64,000 bases of DNA from Mustelus asterias. Lineage: Eukaryota. Shown here piece after piece: positions 23,328-35,300 of this stretch. A model generated the notes under the pieces. That model worked only from the letters and a program-made list of their open reading frames with translations. It ran no database searches and had not been told where the DNA came from. Every line of letters starts with the position of its first letter. Position 1 is the first letter of the stretch. The translations under genes were made by a program, and so were the position numbers. The stretch covers positions 49,538,001 through 49,602,000 of the forward strand of contig NC_135823.1 in assembly GCF_964213995.1 (NCBI RefSeq), in the 5' to 3' direction.

Positions 23328-26300
23328 CTGTTAACAAGAAAAAAAACTCTTAAAAATGTTCATTGTACATAATTTACACTGAAAATTACAGAGACTGTTG
23401 GAAATTATCACTTGCTAGCAAGAGCAGTGCAAAATTAAATGATGCAAATCAGATTAATATCCTGGGCTAGTTCTTACTTAATTCTCATGGATATCAGGTT
23501 AATAAGCGTCTGGACACTCTCCTGTAACGTATTTGACTTCCTTTTATTTGGTTCAAACTGCAAAAGAAGGGGGATAAAGTAAAAGACAAGACAATTGTGT
23601 AATTGCCAATATTTGACCTGCATAACTTGCTCTCCATACCCGTAATATAGCCTGCACAATCTGCAAGGGGTAGGTTGCGGTTGTGGCAATCGCTTTTGCT
23701 ATGGCTCCAATCATGAATATTTCCCAGGACGGTATCTGCAGAGAGATTCATCATATGTGTGTTAAAGTCTAGTGTTGTTTTGTAATAGTGCTGTAATTAA
23801 CATGACTTTAATGCAAGAAAGATCATCATCTGTCCCCCCATAGCTCAAGGAAGAAAAACTTGATAGTTCTTTGATTGAAATATCACAGCTCAGGCAGTGA
23901 GACCAGGAGCTGAAAGTGCTAAACCCCCTGCACCTACCCGTCTCCCTGCTTTGCTGGCTTTTCGTTTCAACCCCTCATAAAACATGAACTGGATTCCAGG
24001 ATTACAGACCAAGATAAGGGATGGTAGGATCCCATTCCAGAGAGTTCCCAGACCTTCATTTGTGATGATCTGTTGAAAGGCATCTAAAGAGAAAGGGACA
24101 GTTAAGTTTGACAACACTGTCCCTCCAACATGCCCTATCATTCAACCCACTGCACATTGATGACAAATCCCCCCCCCCCCCCCATGGAACAAATATAATG
24201 GCCAGTAATTTTCCTCAATACAGTATAGCTTGGCATTCTGCGTGACCAAGATCTTATTACATTGAATATAGAGTCATAGAGGTTTACAGCATGGAAACAG
24301 GCCCAACTTGTCCATGCCGCCCTTTTTTTTAAAAAACCCTGAAGCTAGTCCCAATTGCACGCATTTGGCCCATATCCCTCTATACCCATCTTACCCATGT
24401 AACTGTCGATGCTTTTTAAAAGACAACATTGTACCCGCCTCTTTTACTACCTGTGGCAGCTTGTTCCAGACACTCTCCACCCTGTGTGTGAAAAAATTGC
24501 CCCTCTGGACCCTTTTGTATCTCTCCCCTCTCACTTTAAACCTATGCCCTCTAGTTTTAGATTCCCCTACCCCAGCAAAGCAAAGAGGGCCAAGGCAAGC
24601 ACAACAGTTCGCTGAGATCAGCTCATTTAGAACAGACTGAGGACCTTATCTGTACTGCTTAGCCCCTCAGTGATGGATAAAATCAACTCAGCAGACAGCA
24701 AAACCCTGCACACTATTCTCACCTTGTAAATGCCTCACCCAATTAAGTTGAATGTTGAAAAAGTTTATTAGTGTCACAAGAGGATTTACATTAATACTAC
24801 AACAAAGTTACTGTGAAAATCCCCTAGTTGCCACACTCCGGCGCCTGTTCAGGTACACTGAGGGAGAATTTAGCATGGCCAAAAGATATTGACTATTTAG
24901 CTGATCTATGCCCCTCATTATTTTATAGAATTATAGAATATATGGTACAGAAACTCCAGAACAACCAATCAATACCAGCACTGGTCCATTCGAGCTTCCT
25001 CATCCTAACGCTCAGCGTAACTCTATTCCTTTATCCCTTGTGTTTTTCTGGCTCCCCTTAAATGCAACTATAAAATTTTCCCCAACTACTTTCCTATAAC
25101 AGCAACTTCTACATAGTATTATGGGGATAGGGCCTGGGTGGGATTGTGCTCGGTGCAAACTCGATGGACTGAATGGCCTCCTTCTGCACTGTAGGATTCT
25201 ATGATTCTCACCACTTCCATATTCGCACCATTCTCTGGGTGGCAAAGAAGTTGCCTCTGAATTCCTCATTCGATTTCTTCACTATCTTACGGTGATGTTC
25301 TCTACTTCTGCTATTGCCCGCAATTGGAAACACATTCTCTACTCCATCAAAACGCTTCACAAATTTAAAATCCTATATTAGATCCCTATTAATTGAGGAT
25401 TTCTGGGAGCTGAATATCAACTTGCTTTTCAAACTCAGAATTCAGTTAAGCCAAAGAGAAGGTAAATAACTGGATAAATAGTTTAGATTGCGAGATTTAA
25501 AGGTCAAGTTGCCTCTTCTCTCTCTCCCAATCCTCCCTTCACCATCTACCTCAACAATACCACTTCTATCCTTCAGCCTAATGCTGCAAATATTATTCAT
25601 GAAAATTCTTTTTATTAAAAATTATACTTTGCTGACTTTCATCTCAGAATCCCTACAGTGCAGAAGGCGGCCATTCGGCCCATCCAGCCTGCACTGTCAA
25701 CAATCCCACCCAGGCCCTATCCCTGTAACCCCACGTATTTACCCTGCTCATTCTCCTGACATTACGGGGCAAGTTAGCACAGCCAATCAACCCAACCCGT
25801 ACCCATCTTTGGAGCGTGGGCGGAAACCGGAGCACCCAGAGGAATCCCACGAGAAGAAGTGCAAACTCCACACAGACGGTCACCTGAGGTCAGAATTGAA
25901 CCCGGGTCCCTGGCGCAGTGAGACAGCAGTGCTAACCCCTGTGCAACCATGGCACCCACAACACTATGCCACCTTACTGCCCACATTTGACATTTAAAAC
26001 AGGTGCTAGTTTGGTGCACATCGTCACACTGAGCGGTCACACTGTTCTCAATCTTAAACAGAGACAAGCGCCAGAATGTCTGAGACAAGAAAAAGGATGA
26101 GAATCACAATTGGGCAGCTCTCTAGTACCTCAGGAGTTTGGGGAGTTGATCAGCTATGACTTTGCTGTGGCAGGTGGACAAGAGGCAGCGAATATATAAA
26201 CTAAACAGTTGATAATTTCCCTAAATTAAACAATCAGCTGGATTTTCTCTTTGGAAATTGTGGCTATAATCTACTTTTAATTATGTTACTTCCCCATTCA

Positions 26301-29300
26301 GTTAAACCAGAATTGAAAATGAGGTAAAGATTAAGATATAGTCTGATCCGATCATGCAGTTTGATCAGAGTGCAAGAGTATTTTATTTTCAGATATTGGG
26401 GGTACGATGGTTTGGAGAGGGAAGGAGAATCCAACTTGAATGTTAGTTTATATTTACAGATCCAATTTTCAAGATTTTTGCACAAAACAAAATGGTCGCA
26501 TGTAAAGAGTGGTTTTTCACACCATCACATTCACTCTCTCCCTTTCGTCAATATGACAATTTAACAGTGAATGGGTTCCATTTCTTTTTCCTTGCTGACA
26601 TATCCGCAGCGCACAATAATTGTTGTGTGTGTTTCGGAGCGCTGATGCAGAAAGCAGTTAATTTACCAGTGGGAAGACTCACCTAGAATACCTTTGTACT
26701 CAGTCCGATGGATATCCTCCTGTCTAAACTTTGCTCCTTGCAGTTTCAATCTTGTGTTGACTACCCACATTGGTGTTGTCAGGAAAACATTGGTCGCACC
26801 TAAAAAAACAAATGGGCTATTTAAAGTTTATTTATTAGTCACAAGTAAGGCTTACATTAACACTGCAATGAAGTGACTACGAAATTCTTCGAGGCGCCAC
26901 ACTCTGGCACTTGTTCAGGTCAATGCACCTAACCTGCATATCTTTGGACTGTGGGAGGAAACCGGAGCACCCGGAGGAAACCCACGCAGACACGAGGAGA
27001 ATGTACAGACTCCGCACAGCCAGGAATCGAACCCAGGTCCCTGGCACTGTGAGGCAGCAGTGTTAACCACTGTGCCACCCACAAATTCAACATTAATTCT
27101 ACGAATCCCCATTGACGGTGTTTCAGTAAGCACAGGTTGGCTGTTGTTCCCAGTGTACAATATATAACTCTTGGATTGCTCTTTTATACAATCACAGTTT
27201 GCAGCACAGGAGTGGGCTTTCCCTTCTAAACAATTGTCATATTTTAGATGGAGATTTAATGGCTGCTTTAATTGAAACACAACATCAAGATCTGTACCAA
27301 AATTTTGGATTTCGTTTCAGAATGGGTTGTGCCAGCAAAGCAAAGAGGACCAAGGCAAGCACAACAACTCGCTGAGATCAGCTCATTTAGAACAGACTAC
27401 TTACTATTTCTGAGTCCATCCGCTATCATGCATTTCATCACTTACAATCCTTCTTCAGTTCCACAGGCCACCTGAGATTTTACTGTTCAAATACAAACTT
27501 CCTTTCTTTTGAGATCAGCACGAGGCCGGAAAATCCCACCCGAGGCCAACGAACCTTTGCATGGTCCGTGTCCCGCCCGCTATAATTCCCGTGGCAGGTG
27601 GGACGGGAAAATTCTGCCCTAGATGTTTTAGTTAGTTAAAGACACAATATAAATACAAGTTGTGTAGCTGTGAAGATTCATTCTCTCAGCATTTGTCATT
27701 ATCAGTCAGAAACTATAGATCAAATTCTAGGAGCGATATTCTAGCACAGTTCTCAACTGATTAGGAATCGATCACGGAATGCCTAGAACCTAGGAATTCA
27801 CATATTACAGTCTGGATATAGGACAAGTTGCAATCCCGTTAAGCATCATTTTCTACCTGCAATGCAAGCCATCAGCAGATCTTTGCCTGGCGTAGCCCTC
27901 ACATTACCCTTCTGTAACATTGCTTTCAAGCTGTTAAACGTGTAGAAGTAAACAAAGTTTGAACAGCAGAGACTGGAAATGACAGGAAACCATCCACGAT
28001 ACAGAGCCAATCTGAAACAGAGATTAAAGAGAGTCTCCGCATTCTGTACTTCACAGCGTGAATCCCTTCCGGCAAATCATCCAAACCAGTTAGAAATGGC
28101 ACATTCCGACTAGTGACTCGGTCAAGGTTCAGAGCAGCTAAACCTGCCAGACATTATTTCTTGTTTTTATTTGAATCATTTATAAATGGAAACTATTTAT
28201 GAAAGTCAACCAGCATCTGCAAAGAGGGAAAATATGCTTCTGGAATTTTCCGTGTATATCATAGAATCATAGAAACCCCACAGTGCAGAAAGAGGCCATT
28301 CGGCCCATCGAGTCTGCACCGACCACAATCCCACCCAGGTCCTACCCCCATATCCCTATATATTTACCCACTAATCCCTCTAACCTACGCATCTCAGGAC
28401 ACTAAGGGCAATTTTAGCATGGCCAATCAACCTAACCTGCACATCTTTCGACTGTGGGAGGAAACCGGGGCACCCGGAGGAAACCCATGCAGACACGAGG
28501 AGAATGTGCAAACTCCAAGCAGACCGTGACCCAAGCCGGGAATCGACCCCAGGTCCCTGGAGCTGTGAAGCAGCACTGCTAACCACTGTGCTACCGTGCC
28601 GCCCTACATTCTGGTATATATTCTGGTTGTCATCATAGAATCCCTACAGTGCAGAAGGAGACCATTTGGCCCATCGAGTCTACACCGACTCTCCAACAGA
28701 GCACCCCACCCAGGCACAATACTCCCCCCCCCCCCATCCCTGTAACCCCACATATTTACCCCGCCAATCCCCCAACATGCACATTTTGAACACCAAAGGG
28801 CAATTTACCATGGTCAATCCACCTAACCTGCATATCTCTTTGGAGTATGGGAGGAAACCGGAGCACTCAGAGGAAATGCACGCAGACACGGGGAGAATGT
28901 GCAAACTCCAAGCAGACAGTGACCCAAGCCGGGAATCGAACCCAGGTCCCTGGAGCTGTGAAGCAGCAGTGCTAACCCACAAATCCCACACAGACGGTTG
29001 CCCAAGGACAGAATTGAACCCGGGTCCCTGGTGCTGTGAGGTCCCTTGTCCCTGGTGCTGCAGCAGTGCTAACCACTTATGAAGGCTGAACATTTGAAAC
29101 AGCAGAATCTGTCGACTCGGCCAGACACTCATTGATTTCCTTTCTTATTTGAGTGAGCAATTATTTTTTAAATAAGCTAATCTGTCTGAATTACATTGGT
29201 GCAAAGTACACTGCCATACTTAAACACACTACTTATTTCCGAAACTTAATTCCTAACAATTACACTGAAGCAGGAACAAAAAGATGTCGCTTTGCACGCG

Positions 29301-32300
29301 TGTAAAAGGCATCACATGGTGAACATCACCTGACAGAATAATAAGCTGTTAAAAGATCAGCACTCTTTAATAAGATAAGCCTAGATAAGCACAAGGGAGA
29401 AAGGAAGGGAACTATATGTGTGGTGGAGAGTCCAGCAGGGAGCAGTCGGGCCCAATGGCCTGCTTTAGTGCTGTGGATTATGTAATACTCACAAGCCTTC
29501 CTCTTTCACAATTTCTGCCAGTATCACAGGTGTGGAGCGGGATTTGCGTTTTTCATCAACTAAAGCAAATTCAGGCCAAAACGAGAGGGGTTAGAAACCA
29601 GCAGCACCACAGACAAGTAGACGCTCTATCTATCAGAATGTGGAAGCGTTTGGACCCACGTAGATATTTCAGAAGTAAATCTCCAGAAAACTACACACAT
29701 TTCAGTTAAAATAAATCAATTTGTCCTTTGCTGCCTGCTGTGAATGTTATTGTTTGTGCACCCTGCTGTCTATAGTTAGTGATCCCAGTCCAACGCCAGC
29801 ATCTCCACATTATAGTTAGTGACACATAAAAGATAACCTGGGAATTGATTAAAATACTCCACTGTCCTCCCAATGAGTTTCAAATGTATCCTACGCTTCA
29901 CCCCTACTCTCCAGTCTTCATACAGGCTGTTCAATGAGCAATTCATCTATGAGAACTGCACAGTGTAAAAACAAATAAAAGATTAAACACCGTTCCATTT
30001 AAACATTATCAAGTGACTATTATTACGCGATATACATTACTGGCCAAAAATGGGTGTATATTGACTTCAAAGTTTGGACAAATGTGTTTAATTTCTTTGC
30101 TCTTACTAGAATACCTCCCGTCCTATAGTCAATCTGGTGCAGACTACACCATTGAGTAAACTCAGTAAATATGCCTAAGCAGCTACATCAATGCATCGTC
30201 GAGTGTCTGAGGTTTCTCTTTAGTGGCAGAATATTTATTTATCCTGGTTTGACAGCCAAACTTTTCCAGACAGAGCTGTCGGAGGGAAATCAAGGACTCA
30301 GAGTTCTGTTATCCAAACAGATGGTCAAGACCAGAACTCATTTGTTTAGAAAACGACAGCTGGTTCACATCTTGGGGAGGGGAAAACATAAGATCGGAAG
30401 GGCTGAAGGGCCTTCTTCATCCAAAGCAATCTTATGGTCATGAAATAAAGGAAAGAAATGGAATGTTGCAAAACAGTAGTCGAGTTTGGACTGAATTCAT
30501 TTTTCATTAGTGAAATTAGAGGACCATTAAAGAATAACTATCACAGAGTCAGTAACATTCTAGACATAAGCGACTGAAAGGTTGGGAATTTGTTGATCTT
30601 AAATCTGTTCTACTAACCTACAAATACATCTCAAGATCCTTATTTATGTTCAAACATGTACATGGCTTACTTTTACTTAAAGTTTATTAGTCACAAGTAG
30701 GCTTACATTAACATTGTAATTAAGTTACTGTGAAAATCCCCTAGTTGCCACACTCCAGCGCCTGTTCGGGTACACTGAGGGAGGCTTTAGCATGTGGGAG
30801 GAAACTGGAGCTCCCGGAGGAAACCCACGCAGACACGGGAAGAATGTGCAAACTCCACACAGACAGTGACCCAAGCCGGGAATTGAATCCGGGTCCCTGG
30901 CGCTGTGAGGCAGCAATGCTAACCACTGTGCCACCATATTGAAATACCAGCGGTCATCTCAGTGACCTCCTTCCAGCCCCATGTCCCTATTTACTAACCT
31001 GCACTCATCCCACCACAACCCAGCCCTCAGGAATACCCAGTCAAAATCTGGGAATCACTTCCCCAAAGGGGGAAAAGGGTTGGGGGGGGGGGGGGGGGGG
31101 GGGGCGGGGGAAGGGGATAGATGAATTATTTTTGTTCAGTAATCTTATTTAGGGTTTCAAAACAAAGACAGGTAAACACAGTTAAGATACAGATCAACCA
31201 TGATCTAGCTAAATGGCTAACTAGGCTCGAAGGGCTGAATGGTCTCATCTGCCTGTTTGGCCTAGCCACTAATCTCCCTCTACCGTGGTGTCCGTTTTAC
31301 TCTCAAAAATCGATACAACTCTGGAGCATCCCAACACAGTCAGGGCTACTTAAAACATGAGCTGTTGGATGAATTATAAATAATGGTTATTCGATATACT
31401 TTAATCAAAAATTATTTCAATAATGAATAAACTCATGACAAAAAAAAATCCAAATTGCCACAACATAGGGGCAATTTGCTTTGTAATTCTATGCAGTGAT
31501 TGGGGGCTGTAAATAGTGTATTTTACTGCACAAATTTTAAGTTCACGATAAACTGGATGTTGTGTGTTTCAATTCCTACCTTGAAGTCTGATCCTTGCGG
31601 TGTCCAAAGGGAAAAATGTTGTTGTGGCAGTCACACTACCCTGCAGAGAGAATAAAAAACATTGGGGGAACAAAAGTGTTAAACTGTACTTTCCAAATGG
31701 GTCATGTAAGAGAACAGGGAATGCGGACATATGAATCACTACAGTGCAGAAGGAGGCCATTCGGCCCATCAAGCCTGCACTGATCACAATCCTACCCAGG
31801 CCCTATTCCCATAACCCCACATATTTCTCCTGCTAATCCCCTGACACTAGGGTCAATTTAGCATGGCCAATCAACCTAACCCGCACATCCTTGCACTGTG
31901 GGAGGAAACCGGAGCATCCGCAGAAAACCCACATATTCCTCTCTCTTGCTCAAGGACACTGGCCTGGCTCAACTAATTCCAAACCATTACCATTAAATCA
32001 TTGGGAGAATGTCCCATCTGTTTGGTTTCAGCTGATTTTTGAGGATTAACCAGTCACACCCTGGGATCCACAGGCTGAACTGAAATTTAGAACTGGTGCA
32101 GGATCAAACCATATTTTAAAATCGACATTGCCCTCATGTAAACTACAGAGTTGCACAAGCATGTTATTGACAGGTACACATAAACAGGAGGGGGGAGGGG
32201 GGCGGGGGGGAATGGGTGGGGGGGGCTGGGGGGGGGAATTGGGGGGGCGGGGGGGAATTGGGGGGGCGGGGGGGAATGGGGGGGGCGGAGGGGAATGGGG

Positions 32301-35300
32301 GGGGCGGGGGGGAATGGGGGGGGCGGGGGGGAATGGGGGGGGCGGGGGGAATGGGGGGGGCGGGGGGGAATGGGGGGGGCGGGGGGGAATGGGGGGGGCG
32401 GGGGGGAAATGGGGGGGGCGGGGGGGGAATGGGGGGGGCGGGGGGGGAATGGGGGGGGCGGAGGGGGAATGGGGGGGGCGGGGGGGGAATGGGGGGGCGG
32501 GGGGGGAATGGGGGGGCGGGGGGGGAATGGGGGGGGCGGGGGGGGAATGGGGGGGGCGGGGGGGGGAATGGGGGGGGCGGGGGGGAATGGGGGGGGCGGG
32601 GGGGAATGGGGGGGGGCGGGGGGGGAATGGGGGGGGCGGGGGGGGAATGGGGGGGGCGGGGGGGGAATGGGGGGCGGGGGGGGAATGGGGGGCGGGGGGG
32701 GAATGGGGAGGCGGGGGGAATTGGGGGAGGCGGGGGGGATGGGGGGGCGGGGGGGGATGGGGGGGCGGGGGGGGATGGGGGGGCGGGGGGGGATGGGGGG
32801 GCGGGGGGGGATGGGGGGGCGGGGGGGGATTGGGGGGCGGGGGTGATTGGGGGGCGGGGGGGATTGGGGGGCGGGGGGGATTGGGGGGCGGGGGGGGATT
32901 GGGGGGCGGGGGGGGATTGGGGGGCGGGGGGGGATTGGGGGGCGGGGGGGGATTGGGGGGCGGGGGGGATTGGGGGGCGGGGGGATTGGGGGGCGGGGGG
33001 GATTGGGGGGCGGGGGGGATTGGGGGGCGGGGGGGATTGGGGGGCGGGGGGGATTGGGGGGCGGGGGGGATTGGGGGGCGGGGGGGATTGGGGGGATTGG
33101 GGGGGCGGGGGGGATTGGGGGGGCCGGGGGGGATTGGGGGGGCGGGGGGGGATTGGGGGGGGCGGGGGGGGATTGGGGGGGGCGGGGGGGATTGGGGGGG
33201 GCGGGGGGGGATTGGGAGGGGCGGGGGGGGATTGGGGGGGGCGGGGGGGGATTGGGGGGGGCGGGGGGGGATTGGGGGGGGCGGGGGGGGGATTGGGGGG
33301 GGCGGGGGGGATTGGGGGGGCGGGGGGGATTGGGGGGGGCGGGGGGGGATTGGGGGGGCGGGGGGGGATTGGGGGGGGCGGGGGGGGATTGGGGGGGCGG
33401 GGGTGTATTGGGGGGGCGGGGGGGGGATTGCGGGGGGGTATTGGGGGGGCGGGGGGGGATTGGGGGGGGGATTGGGGGGGCGGGGGGGGATTGGGGGGGC
33501 GGGGGGGGATTGGGGGGGCAGGGGGGGATTGGGGGGGCGGGGGGGGTTGGGGGGGCGGGGGGGGGTTGGGAGGGGAGGGGGGGGTTGGGGGGGCGGGGGG
33601 ATTGGGGGGGCGGGGGGAATGGGGGGGCGGGGGGAATTGGGGGGGGCGGGGGGAATGGGGGGATTGGGGGGGGCGGGGGGGAATTGGGGGGGGCGGGGGG
33701 GAATTGGGGGGGACGGGGGGGAATTGGGGGGGGCGGGGGGGGAATTGGGGGGGCGGGGTGGGAATTGGGGGGGGCGGGGTGGGAATTGGGGGGGGCGGGG
33801 GGGGAATTGGGGGGGGCGGGGGGGGAATTGGGGGGGGCGGGGGGGGGAATTGGGGGGGGCGGGGGGGGAATTGGGGGGGGCGGGGGGGAATTGGGGGGGG
33901 CGGGGGGGAATTGGGGGGGGCGGGGGGAATTGGGGGGGCGGGGGGGGAATTGGGGGGGGCGGGGGGGAATTGGGATGGGCGGGGTGGAATTGGGGGGGCG
34001 GGGGGGGAATTGGGGGGGGCGGGGGGGAATTGGGGGGGCGGGGGGGAATTGGGGGGGGCGGGGGGGGAATTGGGGGAGGCGGGGGGGGGAATTGGGGGGG
34101 GCGGGGGGAAGGGAGGGAATTGGGGGGGCGGGGGGGAATTGGGCGGGCGGGGGGGGTGGGGGGGAATTGGGGAGGCGGGGAGGAATTGGGGGGGGCGGGG
34201 GGGAATTGGGGGGGCGGGGGGGAATTGGGGGGGCGGGGGGGAATTGGGGGGGCGGGGGGGAATTGGGGGGGCGGGGGGGAATGGGGGGGCGGGGGGGAAT
34301 GGGGGGGCGGGGGGGAATGGGGGGGGCGGGGGGGAATGGGGGGGCGGGGGGGAATTCGGAGGGCGTGGGGGTGTGAGTGGGAGGGGGAAGTGGCGGGGGG
34401 GCGGGGGGTCGAGGGGGGGCGGGAGGGGGAGGGAAGGGGAGACGGAAGGGGCGGGAGGGGGGACGGAGGGGGCGGGAGGGGGAGACGGAGGGGGCGGGAG
34501 GGGGAGACGGAGGGGGCGGGAGGGGGAGACGGAGGGGGCGGGAGGGGGAGACGGAGGGGGCGGGAGGGGGAGACGGAGGGGGCGGGAGGGGGAGACGGAG
34601 GGGGCGGGAGGGGGAGACGGAGGGGGCGGGAGGGGGAGACGGAGGGGGCGGGAGGGGGAGACGCAGGAGGCGGGAGGGGAGACGAAGGGGGCGGGAGGGG
34701 GAGACGGAGGGGGCGGGAGGGGGAGACGGAGGGGGCGGGAGGGGGAGACGGTGGGGGCGGGAGGGGGGGGAGGGGATGGGGCGGGAGGGGGAGACGGAGG
34801 GGGCGGGAGGGGGAGACGGAGGGGGCGGGAGGGGGAGACGGAGGGGGTGGGAGGGGGAGACGGAGGGGGCGGGAGGGGGAGACGGAGGGGGCGGGAGGGG
34901 GAGACGGAGGGGGCGGGAGGGGGAGACGGAGGGGGCGGGGGGGGGAGACGGAGGGGGCGGGAGGGGGAGACGGAGGGGGCGGGGGGGGGAGACGGAGGGG
35001 GCGGGAGGGGGAGACGGAGGGGGCGGGAGGGGGAGACGGAGGGGGCGGGAGGGGGAGACGGAGGGGGCGGGAGGGGGAGACGGAGGGGGCGGGAGGGGGA
35101 GACGGAGGGGGCGGGAGGGGGAGACGGAGGGGGCGGGAGGGGGAGACGGAGGGGACGGGAGGGGGAGACGGAGGGGACGGGAGGGGGAGACGGAGGGGAC
35201 GGGAGGGGGAGACGGAGGGGGCGGGAGGGGGAGACGGAGGAGGCGGGAGGGGGAGACGGAGGGGGCGGGAGGGGGAGACGGAGGGGGCGGGAGGGGGAGA

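Noticed and set aside
30380-30470. Candidate SLC25A17 exon 3 (polypyrimidine tract, 'DEEG')
   Set aside because: In-frame stop; the true 67-nt exon is at 29493-29559.
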